From an uncultured Alphaproteobacteria bacterium (GTDB taxonomy: Bacteria > Pseudomonadota > Alphaproteobacteria > Caulobacterales > Aquidulcibacteraceae), in contig CADEEA010000007.1 of NCBI GenBank assembly GCA_902826245.1, positions 4,285 through 68,284 of the forward strand: a stretch of 64,000 nucleotides of DNA, read 5' to 3'. The translations under genes were made by a program, and so were the position numbers. The notes under the pieces are model-generated. The model was not told the DNA's origin, ran no database searches, and saw only the letters and a list, made by a program, of their open reading frames with translations. This document shows, piece after piece, positions 10,069 through 21,408 of the stretch (within the stretch, counting starts at the first letter, position 1; every line of letters begins with the position of its first letter).

Positions 10069-10419
10069 CTAGTACCGTTCGTCGCGCTGAGCTTCGGCCT
10101 CTTGCTGCAGAGCGCGCAGCACGTCCTCTTCGCTGGTTTCCACCGGCGCTGCGAGCGCCTTGCGGTCCTGCTCGTCCTCGGCCTGGGCCGCTGGCTGCAC
10201 GTCCTGGTAGAGCGTGACGAAGCTGTCCCTCAAATCGGCAGGGGTCACCGCCGCATCGGCGATTTCGCGCAGCGCCACCACCGGATCTTTGTCCCGGTCA
10301 CGATCCACCAATGGCTCGGCGCCTGAAGAAATGTTGCGGGCGCGATGGGCCGCGAGCAGCACCAGCGAGAACCGGTTGGGTATCTTATCGACGCAATCTT
10401 CTACGGTTACGCGAGCCAA
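10069..10419 (-). CDS. rpoZ: RNA polymerase omega subunit (TTG start)
   Basis: [27 protein letters not shown]; TTG at 10419 preceded by an AGAAGGA SD-like sequence. Confidence 0.95.
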   Translation of the reverse strand: MARVTVEDCVDKIPNRFSLVLLAAHRARNISSGAEPLVDRDRDKDPVVALREIADAAVTPADLRDSFVTLYQDVQPAAQAEDEQDRKALAAPVETSEEDVLRALQQEAEAQRDERY

Positions 10420-10526
10420 GGCGTGTCCTTCTCGAGGCTGGTGGGGCGGGACGAACAAACAGCCTAAAGCGGCTCGCGCCATTTCGCAATGCGCGAAGGA
10501 CTGCCGCACCTGCGAAATATGCCGCC

Positions 10527-11033
10527 TCAGCCGAGCTTGGCGACCACCCAAGGTCGGGTTTCCGGGGGCAAAATAGCCAGCATCTCCGCGGGAGTCTGTC
10601 CCAAAACTGGGTGAACCCAATCGGCAGCGACCTCCGCGAGCGGCAGCAGCACAAAGGACCGCTCGTGCATGCGCGGGTGAGGGAGCGTAATGTCGCCAAA
10701 CCCGCCCACCGCCCCCTCCATCGCCAAGAGGTCCAAATCCAGCGTCCGCGGCCCCCAGCGCTCGCCTCGCTCCCGCCCGAACGCGGCCTCTATCGCGAGC
10801 AATTGCTGAAACAGAGTCTCCGGCGCTCGCCCACCGGCGTCCACTGCTACTACCGCATTGAAATAGTTCGGCTGTCGGCTGCCGGACGGCCAAGCCTCGC
10901 TCTCCCAGACAGAAGAGCAGGCTGAGACCGGAAGGCCGCCCTTGGCGAGCGCCGCGACTGCCTGCATCAGAAGCTCCGCTCCGCCATTGCCTTGGAAGGG
11001 CAGATTGGTTCCCAAGGCGATCAGCGCGAGCAT
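10527..11033 (-). CDS. folK: 2-amino-4-hydroxy-6-hydroxymethyldihydropteridine diphosphokinase
   Basis: [24 protein letters not shown] and [13 protein letters not shown] motifs. Confidence 0.96.
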   Translation of the reverse strand: MLALIALGTNLPFQGNGGAELLMQAVAALAKGGLPVSACSSVWESEAWPSGSRQPNYFNAVVAVDAGGRAPETLFQQLLAIEAAFGRERGERWGPRTLDLDLLAMEGAVGGFGDITLPHPRMHERSFVLLPLAEVAADWVHPVLGQTPAEMLAILPPETRPWVVAKLG

Positions 11034-11096
11034 ATTTGTTTGACCCCATGGCGTCGGCCGCGATTTGGCTGGCCGACCACATTACGATGAGGAAGC

Positions 11097-11735
11097 GTGA
11101 GCACGCCAGAAGCCCCCAGAAACTGCGCCTTGTGTCCACGACTCGTGGACTACCGGCGCGCTAACGCGCGCGCAGAACCGGATTGGTTCAACGGCCCCGC
11201 GCCCTCTTTCGGCGATCCTCAAGCTCGTCTGGTCATTGTCGGCCTCGCGCCGGGTCGCACCGGGGCCAATCGCACCGGGCGACCTTTCACCGGCGATTAT
11301 GCCGGGGATCTTCTCTACGGCACTCTAAAAAAGCTTGGCCTTGCCGCTGGCGAGTACCGCGCCGACCCCGCGGACGGCTTCACGCTCAAGGACGCCATGA
11401 TTACCAATGCCGTTCGCTGCGCCCCACCGGAGAACAAACCTACGCCCGCAGAAATCACCCAGTGCCGGCCCTACCTTGTCGCGCGCCTGGCGGCGCTGCC
11501 GCGATTGCGCGCGATCCTGGCGCTGGGCTCTATCGCGCACGAGAGCGTGCTGCGGGCCTATGATCTGAAACCATCGCACGCGAAATTCGCGCACGGTGCG
11601 GAAGTGGAACTCACGCCGGGGCGCACCTTGGTCTCAAGCTATCATTGCTCGCGCTACAACACGCAGACACGTCGGCTGACGACTGAAATGTTCGAAACCG
11701 TGATGGCGCGCGCTAAGGAAATCGCAGGTATCTAA
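11097..11735 (+). CDS. udg: Uracil-DNA glycosylase, Fe-S type (family 5-like)
   Basis: CxxC N-terminus, [19 protein letters not shown] and HCSRYN motifs. Confidence 0.88.
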   Translation: MSTPEAPRNCALCPRLVDYRRANARAEPDWFNGPAPSFGDPQARLVIVGLAPGRTGANRTGRPFTGDYAGDLLYGTLKKLGLAAGEYRADPADGFTLKDAMITNAVRCAPPENKPTPAEITQCRPYLVARLAALPRLRAILALGSIAHESVLRAYDLKPSHAKFAHGAEVELTPGRTLVSSYHCSRYNTQTRRLTTEMFETVMARAKEIAGI

Positions 11736-12571
11736 GACGCACCCACCCCGTAGCGCCTGAAGGTCCGCGAGATGTTTGGCGCCGCCGCTTCGCCGGCTTC
11801 GAGATTTGCTTTCGCTTCCGCGCTTCTGCCGAGCCCGACTTGCGCCAGCCCGCGCCCGTAGACATAGCGCCCGCTCCCCGGCGCCAACGCGAGCGCCGAC
11901 TCATAATCGGCGAGCGCGTAGGCGAACTCGCCCCGCTTGAGATGCACAAGCGCGCGACTATCGAGCGTATTGGCGTCGTCCGGACGGGCGCGCAGCGATC
12001 GGTCGCAATCCTCGAGCGCCTGGTCCAACTCCTCCCCGGCGACCGCCCGCAGCCAGCAGCGCTCGTTCAGGAAACTGGGATTGTCGGGCGCGACTGCTAG
12101 CCCTTCCTCTACCTGATCAAGTCGGTCATAATAAGCGTCCTCGCGCCAGATCATGGCGCGTTCACGTTCGCGCAGCGCATCGCTCCAATCAGGTGCGAGC
12201 GCCAAGGCAGCGTCAAAATCGGCGATCGCTTCGTCAAAGGCGTCGCGACTGAGGTGAAGGACGCCGCGTGCAAGAAAGGCCTGAGCGTCGGCGCCGCCTA
12301 GCCGCAACGCACGGCCGAAATCGGCGAGAGCGCGCGCGTCCTGCATCTGGTTTCCCCGCAGCACGCCGCGATTGACATAAGCCGCCGCGCGCTCCCCGGC
12401 GAGCCGATCCATATCTGCGATGACCGCGTTGCACGCCTCCTCCTTGGATGCCGCGTCGCCTTCAACCACATCGCACAGGAACCAGTCCCGGTCCGTGTTG
12501 CGCGCGGATTGAGCGGTTGGTCCGCAGGCCGCCGCTATGACGCAAAACACGAAGAAAAAAGCGCGCCTCAT
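11732..12571 (-). CDS. Tetratricopeptide-repeat protein, probable lipoprotein
   Basis: Multiple TPR helices (AYVNRG...[20 protein letters not shown]). The N-terminus [16 protein letters not shown] looks like a lipobox. ATGA overlap with smpB. Confidence 0.8.
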   Translation of the reverse strand: MRRAFFFVFCVIAAACGPTAQSARNTDRDWFLCDVVEGDAASKEEACNAVIADMDRLAGERAAAYVNRGVLRGNQMQDARALADFGRALRLGGADAQAFLARGVLHLSRDAFDEAIADFDAALALAPDWSDALRERERAMIWREDAYYDRLDQVEEGLAVAPDNPSFLNERCWLRAVAGEELDQALEDCDRSLRARPDDANTLDSRALVHLKRGEFAYALADYESALALAPGSGRYVYGRGLAQVGLGRSAEAKANLEAGEAAAPNISRTFRRYGVGAS

Positions 12572-13041
12572 CCCTTGTCCCGCATCAGCCGCCCTTGTTG
12601 CCGTTTCCATTCACGGTCTTTGGTCGCCTCGCGTTTATCGGGCGCCTTCTTGCCTTTCGCCAGCGCGATCTGGAGCTTCGCGATCCCGCGGTCGTTGAAA
12701 TAGAGTTTCAGGGGCGCGAGCGTGCGGCCTTCGCGGTTGACCGCGCTCGCCAGCTTCTTCAGCTCGCGCTGGCGCACCAACAGCTTTCGCGGCCGCGTCG
12801 GTTCGTGGTTGAACTGCCCCGCGGGAGGATAGACCGGGATCGTCGCATTGATCAGCCAGAGTTCGCCTTTCTCGGCGCTGGCGTAGCTTTCGGCGATATT
12901 GGCCCGGCCGGCGCGGAGCGATTTCACCTCCGTACCCAGCAATTGAATGCCGGCCTCGAGCGTGTCCTCGACATAATAATCGAAGCGCGCGCGGCGGTTT
13001 TCCGCGATCAGCTTACGGTCGGGTTCAGGTTTCTTGGCCAT
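12568..13041 (-). CDS. smpB: SsrA-binding protein
   Basis: [21 protein letters not shown] and GKKAPDKR motifs. Confidence 0.97.
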   Translation of the reverse strand: MAKKPEPDRKLIAENRRARFDYYVEDTLEAGIQLLGTEVKSLRAGRANIAESYASAEKGELWLINATIPVYPPAGQFNHEPTRPRKLLVRQRELKKLASAVNREGRTLAPLKLYFNDRGIAKLQIALAKGKKAPDKREATKDREWKRQQGRLMRDKG

Positions 13042-13042
13042 C

Positions 13043-13912
13043 TCAGAGTAGGCCCGCTTCCGTCATCGCCGCACGCACGACCGCTTTGGCGGCGTCCGTG
13101 CACGAAAGCAGAGGCAACCTCACTTCCTCGCCGCCTTTGCCAAGCAGTGAGCACGCATATTTGGTCGGCGCCGGCGAAGGCTCGACGAACAGCGCTTTGT
13201 GCAACGCCGCCAATTTCGCATCGAGGACGCGCGCCCTTTCGAAATCGCCTTTCAACGTCGCCTCTTGCACCTGTGCGCAAAGTTTCGGCGCCACGTTCGC
13301 GGTGACAGAGATGCATCCGCGCCCGCCATAGGCGTTGAAGCCCAGCGCGCTGGGATCGTCGCCTGAGAGCAAAACGAATTTATCACCGCACAATGCACGG
13401 TGACGCGCGACCCGCGTCAGGTCCCCGGTTGCATCCTTTACACCCACAAGGTTTGGCAGCGCCGCGATACGGCCTAGGGTCTCGACGCTGATATCGACGA
13501 TGGTGCGCCCCGGCACGTTGTAGGCGACGACCGGGATTCCCACCGCGCCGACGGCCCTGAAATGCGCCAGCATGCCCTCCTGGCTCGGCTTGTTGTAATA
13601 GGGCGCAACCACGAGGATCGCGTCGGCGCCGGCTTGTTTGCAGGCTTTGGCGAGTTCGACTGCGTGAGCCGTGCTGTTGGAGCCGGCCCCGGCAATTACC
13701 GGCACACGCCCCGCCGCCGCCTCGACGCAGAGCGTGACAACGCGGACATGTTCTTCAAAGCTTAGCGTCGCGCTCTCACCAGTGGTTCCGCACGGCACGA
13801 GAGCGTGCGAACCCTCGCTTATCTGCCACGCAACAAAATTCTGGAACGCCTTTTCGTCGATTCGGCCGTCCCGGAACGGGGTGATCAAAGCCGGGATAGA
13901 ACCCTGGAACAT
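13043..13912 (-). CDS. dapA: 4-hydroxy-tetrahydrodipicolinate synthase
   Basis: GTTGES, YYNKP, YNVPGRT and GVKDATG motifs. Confidence 0.96.
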   Translation of the reverse strand: MFQGSIPALITPFRDGRIDEKAFQNFVAWQISEGSHALVPCGTTGESATLSFEEHVRVVTLCVEAAAGRVPVIAGAGSNSTAHAVELAKACKQAGADAILVVAPYYNKPSQEGMLAHFRAVGAVGIPVVAYNVPGRTIVDISVETLGRIAALPNLVGVKDATGDLTRVARHRALCGDKFVLLSGDDPSALGFNAYGGRGCISVTANVAPKLCAQVQEATLKGDFERARVLDAKLAALHKALFVEPSPAPTKYACSLLGKGGEEVRLPLLSCTDAAKAVVRAAMTEAGLL

Positions 13913-14026
13913 GGTGGTTTTCGCCTGCTACAGCCTCGGGGGCTGGTGTTGGCGCGATTCCTGCCACAGTGTCGGGGCAGATCAAAGCGCGCCGACCGAT
14001 CGGCTTGCGAAAGGCGGAACTGTCCA

Positions 14027-16075
14027 ATGTTGGGAACCTCGCTGGTCCGGATCGCGACAATGGCGCTGGCGGCGGCTGGGCTGCTGGCGGCGTCCGATGC
14101 CGGCCAAGGTGCGGCGTCAAGCCCGCAAGCGGCGACTGCGATCTCGTATACCCCGCCCCCGACCGTGGCGGCGAGTGAACGGATGCGCCTGCGCGACGGC
14201 TTCGCCGCCGCCGATAACGGCGATTGGGCGGGATTGGCGCAATTGCGCGACGGCGCCAACGACCCATTGGTGCGAGAGGTGCTGCAATGGCGCTGGGCGA
14301 TCGCCAACGACGCACCGCTTTATTTCACCGATCTCGCGCAGGCGCTTAACGAATTGCAGGGCTGGCCGGGGCGTGCGGGCATGCGCGCCCGCGCCGAACA
14401 GGCGATTTTCGACTCCCGCCTCTCGGCCTCCGATCGAGTCGATTTCCTGCGCCGGGACGGCGGGCCCGCGACTGGCGATGGGCGCATCGCACTCGCCATC
14501 GCGCTGAAGGATTTGGGCCGACGTTCCGAGGCTGAGGAGATCGCACGCGCCAGTTGGCGCGAAGATGCGCTCAACACGACGGCTGAGGCGCGCGCACTTG
14601 ATGAATTCTCGTTCTCGCAGGAGGATCACGCCGCGCGCGTGGGCGCGTTGCTGTGGCGCGACCAGCGCAGCGCAGCGCAGCGGCTCTATCCTCGCCTCTC
14701 GCCAGCCGACCGCGCCTTGGCGCAAGCGCGCATCGGCCTGCAGACCCGCCAACGTCGCGGGTTGCAAGCTCTCGTGGATTCAGTCCCAGCCTCGCGCCGC
14801 GACGATCCGGGCCTTGTCTATGACCGCGCCCAGTATCGCCGCCGCAGCGGCAGACCCGAAGAAGCGATGCCGATCGCCGCTGAGATCGACGCACGCCAGG
14901 CGCCGATGATGGCGCGCGACGACATCTTCCGCGAACGGCGCCTGTATGTGCCGCGCGCCATGCGCGCTGGGCAACATCGCCTCGCCTACAATCTGGTTTC
15001 CAACCACGGACTCACATCTGGGGAGTCTTTCGCTGACGCCGAATGGCTCTCTGGTTGGCTGCAATTGCGGTTCCTCGGCAATCCCCAACGCGCCGCCGAA
15101 CATTTCTCGCATCTGAGCGAAAACGTCTCCGCACCCGTAAGCCGCGCACGTGCGCTTTATTGGCGCGCCGAAGCCGCCCGCGCCTTGGACCAGAACGCGG
15201 AGAGCGAGCGGTTACTGAACGAAGCTGCGCGCTACAATTTCACCTATTATGGCCAGCTCGCCGCCACACGCGGCGAGCGCACGGCGATGCTGTCGCTGCC
15301 GGAGACGGCGCAGGTCAGCGACGAGGCGCGCACGCGCTTCGAGAACCGCGAACTGGTGCGGGCGCTGCGGCTGATTTCCGATTTCGGCGATCAGCGCGAT
15401 TTCGAATCCATCGCGTTCTACCTCGACGACACGCTCGACGATCCGATGGAGATCGAATTGCTGTCGCAGATGGCGCGGGAGCAATCCTATCCGCGCACGG
15501 CGTTGCGCAGCGCCAAGGCTGGCTTGTTCCGAAACGTCGTCGCCGCCAACGCCGCCTACCCCTTGCTCGACTTACCGAACGTCGTGCAAGCGCGCGGGCG
15601 TCCTGAGCCGGCCATGGTCCTAGCCATCATCCGCCAGGAAAGCGAGTTTGATGCCGGCGCGGTATCGCACGCCAACGCTCACGGCTTGATGCAGCTCATT
15701 CCCTCCACCGCGCGCGCGCAGGCGCAGCGCGAAGGCATGTCCTACCAGCGCGGCGCCCTGACCAGCGACCCGCAATACAATGTCACGCTTGGCGCCGCCC
15801 ACCTCGGCGATCTGATCGACGATTTTGGCGGCTCCTACGTACTTGCAGCCGCGGCCTATAATGCCGGCTCCCACAATGCGCGGGAATGGATCGCCGATTA
15901 TGGCGACCCACGTTCGGGCGCGACCGATGTCGTAGATTGGGTAGAACTGATCCCGTTCTCGGAGACGCGCAATTACGTCCAGCGCGTGTTGGAGAACGCG
16001 CAGGTCTACCGCCACCGCCTGGCGGGAACACCGACGCCGATTACGCTGGAAGCGGATTTGCGTCGGGGCCGTTAA
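14027..16075 (+). CDS. Soluble lytic murein transglycosylase (Slt70-like)
   Basis: Signal peptide, superhelical N-terminal region, catalytic IRQES..., GLMQL, AAYNAG and ETRNYV motifs. Confidence 0.92.
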   Translation: MLGTSLVRIATMALAAAGLLAASDAGQGAASSPQAATAISYTPPPTVAASERMRLRDGFAAADNGDWAGLAQLRDGANDPLVREVLQWRWAIANDAPLYFTDLAQALNELQGWPGRAGMRARAEQAIFDSRLSASDRVDFLRRDGGPATGDGRIALAIALKDLGRRSEAEEIARASWREDALNTTAEARALDEFSFSQEDHAARVGALLWRDQRSAAQRLYPRLSPADRALAQARIGLQTRQRRGLQALVDSVPASRRDDPGLVYDRAQYRRRSGRPEEAMPIAAEIDARQAPMMARDDIFRERRLYVPRAMRAGQHRLAYNLVSNHGLTSGESFADAEWLSGWLQLRFLGNPQRAAEHFSHLSENVSAPVSRARALYWRAEAARALDQNAESERLLNEAARYNFTYYGQLAATRGERTAMLSLPETAQVSDEARTRFENRELVRALRLISDFGDQRDFESIAFYLDDTLDDPMEIELLSQMAREQSYPRTALRSAKAGLFRNVVAANAAYPLLDLPNVVQARGRPEPAMVLAIIRQESEFDAGAVSHANAHGLMQLIPSTARAQAQREGMSYQRGALTSDPQYNVTLGAAHLGDLIDDFGGSYVLAAAAYNAGSHNAREWIADYGDPRSGATDVVDWVELIPFSETRNYVQRVLENAQVYRHRLAGTPTPITLEADLRRGR

Positions 16076-16177
16076 GCCAATGTGGACCGCCGGCGCCCGC
16101 GCCGGCCTCGTTGCCTCAATCCAATGTGCAGCACGTCAGCGGGCGCCGCCTGCCGGCGAGGGCGCCGCGGTCCATAT

Positions 16178-17125
16178 TCACACACCCAGCGCCCGCGCGA
16201 ACGTCTCGGCATCCACGTTCCCCCCGCTGGCGATCAACGCCACGCTCTTGCCGCGCGCCTCTACCCGTCCGCTCAACAACGCCGCGAGCGTGGCCGCGCC
16301 CGAAGGCTCCAGCACGATCTTCAAATTGAGGAACGCGAACTTCATCGCCCGCAGCACTTCGTCGTCTGAAACGGCGACCGCCTGATCGAACCGCTCCCGC
16401 GCAATGGCGAACGGTATCTCGCCCATCTGCTCGGTCAGCAGCCCGTCGCAAATGGAGCGCACGCCTGGCTCGTTACGCGCGATGGCGCCAGCTGCGAGGC
16501 TGCGGGCGATATCGTCATGCCCCCGCGGTTCAACCGCAACGATGCGTGCGCCCGGCAGCGCCAACGCAATGCCGCTTGCGAGCCCGCCACCGCTTGCGGG
16601 AACAAACACAATGTCAGGCGCGATCTCCACGCCGATTTCGAGGCCGCACGTGCCTTGCCCGGCGATCACGTTTGGATCGTCGAACGGTTTGATCAGCGCG
16701 CCGCCGCGTTCAGTTGATAGTCGCGCGCCGATTTCTTCCCGGCTTTCCCCTTCGCGGTCGTATGTGATCACCTCCGCGCCCATGGCGCGAGTGCGATCGA
16801 GTTTAATCTTGGGTGCATCCGCAGGCATGACGATAGTTGCGCCTATGCCGAAATGCCTCGCCGCGGTCGCTACCGCGATGGCGTGGTTGCCAGATGAGAA
16901 CGCAATTACACCCCGCGCGCGCAGCTCTGGCGCAAGCGCTGCTATGGCGTTGGTCGCGCCGCGCATCTTGAATGCGCCGCCGCGCTGCAGGCACTCAGCT
17001 TTCACGAACACGCGCGCGCCGGTCGCTTCGTCGAGCGTGTCGCTGCACAACAGCGGCGTTCTCACGGCAATGCCGGCAATGCGCGCGGCGGCGAGCTTGA
17101 CGTCTTCGATGGTGGGAATGTGCAT
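16178..17125 (-). CDS. PLP-dependent threonine/serine dehydratase family protein
   Basis: GAFKMRG, SSGNHA, GGGLASG and LEPSGA motifs. Confidence 0.9.
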   Translation of the reverse strand: MHIPTIEDVKLAAARIAGIAVRTPLLCSDTLDEATGARVFVKAECLQRGGAFKMRGATNAIAALAPELRARGVIAFSSGNHAIAVATAARHFGIGATIVMPADAPKIKLDRTRAMGAEVITYDREGESREEIGARLSTERGGALIKPFDDPNVIAGQGTCGLEIGVEIAPDIVFVPASGGGLASGIALALPGARIVAVEPRGHDDIARSLAAGAIARNEPGVRSICDGLLTEQMGEIPFAIARERFDQAVAVSDDEVLRAMKFAFLNLKIVLEPSGAATLAALLSGRVEARGKSVALIASGGNVDAETFARALGV

Positions 17126-19539
17126 TATGAGCCTCGTGGTTTGGCGCGCCGGGTGGGCGGCGCGCTTAGCGGGTCTTCCGGCCAGGGGTGTTTTGGATAG
17201 CGCCCGCGCAAATCCTTGCGCACGGCCGCGTACGATCCACGCCAGAACCCAGGCAAGTCTTTGGTTGTCTGAACCGGCCGTTGCGCCGGCGAAAGCAGAA
17301 ACAACGTAAGCGGCGCCCGCCCGCCCGCGATGCTCGGATGCCGGTCCAGGCCGAACATCTCCTGCAACCGCACAGCCAAAGCGGGGCCGCCTTCGGCTGT
17401 GTAATCGATCTGCAAAGCTGACCCGGCAGGGGTCTCAAATCGTGCGGGCGCCTCCTGATCCAAGCGGCGACGTCGATCATAGGGCAGTGAATCCAACAAG
17501 ACGCCAGCGACGTCGACACTCCGCAGACTCTGCACACTCGTCAAAGCTGGCGCCAGCCACAGGTCAATGCTCCCTAGCAGACTCTCGTCGCTCCAGTCGG
17601 GCCAAGTCTCGCCCTCGATCCCACGCAGCAACGCGATGCGGGCGCACAATTGGCGCGCACCTTCGCTCCAATCCAGAAGCCCCAGCCCATCCGTCCTAAT
17701 CGCGTCTAACAGCACCTGTTGCAGATCAATACCGCGGAGGCTTTCCAATGGCCCTTCAGAAAGCACCACCCGCCCGTATGCGCGTGTGCGTCGGCCGCGC
17801 GGCGCGCCAGTGTCCGGATCGATGGTCACCGAATTTCTCGTCTCGATCTTGTCAGCGAACATCGTCTCGATTTGCTCAACCGTGATCGGCGCAGCCAGCA
17901 GAATTTGCGCACGCCCCGCCGCACCGGCGATATCGGCGATGACAAGGAAGGGTTCGCGCGCCAGCGCCGAGGCTTCATCAATCGCAGCCGCACGACCGTT
18001 CGCCATCGTGTAGAGCGCGCCGCGCGCCTTGGCGACGCGGTCAGGGTAGGCGAGCGCCAACACAGCGCCGGCTCTATTCTCGTCGATGTCGCCGCCTTTC
18101 GCCAAACGCCGCGCCAAATTGCGCGCGGCGTCGGCGCGCTGCCCGCGCTCGCTGGAAAAGCGCCGCAGCCGCTCGCGCAGATCGGGACTGCGCCCGCCCA
18201 ATCCCTGCTCAGTGAGCAACACAGCGATGCGCGCAGCGAGCGGCGCGTCCGCATGGGCCGCCAAGACCATGTGCGCGAGACGGGGTGGTAGCGGCATGGA
18301 AGCGACCGCCGCGCCGTGATTTGTCAGCCGGCTCGAAGCATCCAGCGCACCCAGACGCTGCAACAGCGCGACAGCCTCGTTCCAGGCCGGTCTCGGCGGC
18401 GGGTCGAGCCAAGCTAGCGAACCGGGATCGCTCACGCCCCAAGCGGCGAGATCAAGCGCAAGGCCCGCGAGATCGGAATCGAATATTTCCGGACGGTCGA
18501 ATTCCGGCAGCGCGCGCGTCTCGCCTTCGCCCCACAAGCGCCAACACACGCCCGGCGACAGCCGGCCGGCGCGGCCGGCGCGCTGGGTGACGGAGGCTTT
18601 GCTCGCGCGCACGGTTTCCAGACGCGACAGACCCAGAGCCGGTTCGTACCGCGGCCGTCGCGCCAGGCCGGAATCAACGACTATGCTCACGCCATCAATT
18701 GTCAGGCTGGTTTCTGCGATGGAGGTGGCGAGCACCACTTTGCGCCGTCCCGCAGGAGCGGCGGCGATGGCGGCGTCCTGGTCGGCGGGGCTCATGGCGC
18801 CATAGAGCGGGCGGATGTCTACCGACGGGTCGATCAGCGTCGCACGCAGGGCCTCTGCGGCCCGCTCAATTTCACGCACCCCCGGCAGGAACACCAGCGC
18901 GCTGCCGGGATCGCCCGCAAGCGCGACGCGCACGGCGCTGGCGACCTGCTCCTCCAGCTGCGCTCGCGGATCGCGCTCGCGGTAGACCATGCGTATTGGA
19001 AACAGCCGCCCTTCGCTCACGATCACAGGCGCTTCCCCCAAAAGAGTCGCAACCCGAGCCGCATCGAGCGTCGCCGACATGACCACGATTTTGAGCTCCG
19101 GCCGCAAGCCGCTCTGCGCATCCCGCGCCAACGCCAGGCCGAGATCGCCCTCGAGGCTGCGTTCGTGGAATTCGTCGAACAGCACCGCGCACACGCCAGG
19201 CAGTTCCGGATTGTCGAGGATCATACGCGTAAACACACCCTCAGTGACCACCTCGATGCGGGTGTTGGGCCCAATTCTGGAATCGAGCCGCACGCGATAA
19301 CCGATGGTCTCCCCAACCCGCTCGCCGCGCTCGGCGGCCATCCGGGCCGCGGCGGCGCGCGCAGCGATGCGTCGGGGCGACAGTAGCACGATCTTGCCTG
19401 CCCGGGCCCACGGCTCGCCGAGCAGCGCGGGAGGGACACGCGTGGTCTTGCCCGCACCCGGCGGGGCGACAAGCACCGCCTCCGAGCGCTGCATAAGCGC
19501 TTCGCGCAATTGGGGCAAAACGACCTCGACCGGAAGCAT
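17125..19539 (-). CDS. hrpB: ATP-dependent helicase HrpB
   Basis: APPGAGKTT, DEFHERS, MSAT and QRAGRAGR motifs; C-terminal YPKHPWPEDP. Confidence 0.95.
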   Translation of the reverse strand: MLPVEVVLPQLREALMQRSEAVLVAPPGAGKTTRVPPALLGEPWARAGKIVLLSPRRIAARAAAARMAAERGERVGETIGYRVRLDSRIGPNTRIEVVTEGVFTRMILDNPELPGVCAVLFDEFHERSLEGDLGLALARDAQSGLRPELKIVVMSATLDAARVATLLGEAPVIVSEGRLFPIRMVYRERDPRAQLEEQVASAVRVALAGDPGSALVFLPGVREIERAAEALRATLIDPSVDIRPLYGAMSPADQDAAIAAAPAGRRKVVLATSIAETSLTIDGVSIVVDSGLARRPRYEPALGLSRLETVRASKASVTQRAGRAGRLSPGVCWRLWGEGETRALPEFDRPEIFDSDLAGLALDLAAWGVSDPGSLAWLDPPPRPAWNEAVALLQRLGALDASSRLTNHGAAVASMPLPPRLAHMVLAAHADAPLAARIAVLLTEQGLGGRSPDLRERLRRFSSERGQRADAARNLARRLAKGGDIDENRAGAVLALAYPDRVAKARGALYTMANGRAAAIDEASALAREPFLVIADIAGAAGRAQILLAAPITVEQIETMFADKIETRNSVTIDPDTGAPRGRRTRAYGRVVLSEGPLESLRGIDLQQVLLDAIRTDGLGLLDWSEGARQLCARIALLRGIEGETWPDWSDESLLGSIDLWLAPALTSVQSLRSVDVAGVLLDSLPYDRRRRLDQEAPARFETPAGSALQIDYTAEGGPALAVRLQEMFGLDRHPSIAGGRAPLTLFLLSPAQRPVQTTKDLPGFWRGSYAAVRKDLRGRYPKHPWPEDPLSAPPTRRAKPRGS

Positions 19540-19645
19540 GAGCCACGACCTAGCCGCTCGTCGCGTCGCTGTCTTGCGGCATTGGCCACATTGGCGCGGC
19601 TGGGTCGGAAGGGTATAGCCAGCATTGAACCGTAGGGAGCAGGTC

Positions 19646-20197
19646 ATGCACGCAAAGGGTAAAACCATCGCCGCCATAGGACTGAGCCTCGCCCTGGCGC
19701 TCGGCGCTTGCTCGACTGGGCGCACCGCCGACACTCGCCGGGGCGTAGGCGGCGCAGCCTCAATCCCGTTTCGCGATGTCGGCCTGATCCGCCCAGAAAT
19801 CCCGCTGCTGCTGCGCAATCTGCAATATCCGTACTCCACCGCCACGCTGACCAATTGCGCAGCTGTCGCGCAGGAGATTGCCCAGTTTGACGCGGTGCTG
19901 GGCCCTGAAAGCTACCAGCAGGGGCCCAATCGCAACGCCTGGGACCGCTCCGGCGATTTCGTCGAGGACCAGACCATCGAGGCCGCCGAGAGTACGGCTC
20001 AGGACCTGATCCCGTTCCGCTCCTGGGTGCGGCGGCTCTCGGGCGCCAGCCGCGCTGAGCGCGATGCCCTGCGCGCGGTCGCCAACGGACAACAGCGGCG
20101 GACTTTCCTGCGCGGCTACGGCGCATCGCTCGGATGCCCCAACATGATCCCAGCCCCGCCGGCGCCGCAACCGCCGCCTCAGCAACCCCGCCGTTAG
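19646..20197 (+). CDS. Hypothetical lipoprotein
   Basis: Lipobox LGAC after a hydrophobic signal; two more cysteines; Pro-rich C-terminus. Confidence 0.75.
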   Translation: MHAKGKTIAAIGLSLALALGACSTGRTADTRRGVGGAASIPFRDVGLIRPEIPLLLRNLQYPYSTATLTNCAAVAQEIAQFDAVLGPESYQQGPNRNAWDRSGDFVEDQTIEAAESTAQDLIPFRSWVRRLSGASRAERDALRAVANGQQRRTFLRGYGASLGCPNMIPAPPAPQPPPQQPRR

Positions 20198-21294
20198 CGG
20201 CAAAAACGCGCGCGAAATGCGTCGAGTTCTCCGGCGGAAATCGCCGCGCGCAGCCGCGCCATCAGCGCATGGTAATAAGCGAGATTGTGCCACGAAAGCA
20301 GCACCTGGCCCAGAATCTCGCCGGACTTGAACAGATGGTGCAGATAAGCCTTCGAATACGCAGCGCTTGCCGGGCATTCGAGGCTTTCATCCAGCGGAGA
20401 GATGTCCTCCGCGAAGCGGGCGTTCGTGATGTTGAGCGGCCCTTCGTCGGTCCAGGCCTGGCCGTGGCGACCCGATCGCGTCGGCAGCACACAATCGAAC
20501 ATGTCGATCCCACGCGCCACGGCCTCGACGATATCGATTGGCTTGCCAACGCCCATCAAATAACGCGGACGATCAGTCGGCAGCAGCGGCGTAACGACAT
20601 CGAGCGCACCCAGCATCGCCTCATGCCCTTCGCCGACCGCTAGTCCCCCCACGGCATAACCGTCGAAGCCATCGCTCACCAAAGCTTGCGCCGACTGCCG
20701 CCGCAGCTCCGGATCGATGCCGCCTTGCACGATGGCGAACAGATTTTGCCGTTCGCGGGTCCCGAATGCGCGCTTGCTGCGCTCGGCCCAGGTCAGCGAC
20801 AATTCCATCGCCTTCTGCACGGTTTCGCGCGGCGCCGGCAGCGCCGGACACTCGTCCAGCTGCATAACGATGTCGGCGCCGATCATATCGGCTTGCAGCG
20901 CCACGGAGCGCTCCGGCGTCAATCTGTGCTCGCTGCCGTCAATATGGCTTCTGAAAGTCACCCCGTCCGGGTCCAGCTTTCTCAGCTGCGATAGCGACAT
21001 GACTTGATACCCGCCGGAATCGGTCAGGATCGGGCCATCCCAGCGCATGAAATGGTGCAGGCCGCCCAGTTTTTGCAAACGCTCCCCGCCAGGGCGCAGC
21101 ATCAAATGATAGGTGTTGCCCAGGATGATGTGGGCGCCAGCGGCGGCGATCTGCTCCACGGTGAGCGCCTTCACCGTGCCAGCGGTGCCCACCGGCATAA
21201 AGGCGGGTGTGGCGACATCCCCGCGCGGCGTCCGCAGCACGCCCACGCGCGCCGCGCCATCCCTGGCGCTGATTTCGAAAGCGAAGGCGTTCAT
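20194..21294 (-). CDS. tgt: tRNA-guanine transglycosylase
   Basis: [18 protein letters not shown] and [10 protein letters not shown] motifs. Confidence 0.96.
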   Translation of the reverse strand: MNAFAFEISARDGAARVGVLRTPRGDVATPAFMPVGTAGTVKALTVEQIAAAGAHIILGNTYHLMLRPGGERLQKLGGLHHFMRWDGPILTDSGGYQVMSLSQLRKLDPDGVTFRSHIDGSEHRLTPERSVALQADMIGADIVMQLDECPALPAPRETVQKAMELSLTWAERSKRAFGTRERQNLFAIVQGGIDPELRRQSAQALVSDGFDGYAVGGLAVGEGHEAMLGALDVVTPLLPTDRPRYLMGVGKPIDIVEAVARGIDMFDCVLPTRSGRHGQAWTDEGPLNITNARFAEDISPLDESLECPASAAYSKAYLHHLFKSGEILGQVLLSWHNLAYYHALMARLRAAISAGELDAFRARFCR

Positions 21295-21408
21295 ACCGCC
21301 GATCAAGCGCATCGGGAGCCGGCGCACAACCCGCGAACAGGCGCATATGCTTCACCCGCGGCGGATTCAAAGATATCCAGGGCCCCGGCTCGATTCGAGG
21401 GGACCGCA

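Noticed and set aside
10069-11139. 356-aa ORF ending in RpoZ
   Set aside because: The long N-terminal extension overlaps folK in another frame. The real rpoZ starts at TTG 10419, which is ordinary.
12568-13041. Looked for tmRNA or tRNA genes near smpB and at the island boundary
   Set aside because: No tRNA cloverleaf, tmRNA or rRNA signature was recognisable anywhere in the window.
13805-14026. N-terminal extension of the lytic transglycosylase
   Set aside because: It overlaps dapA antisense; the signal peptide begins at 14027.
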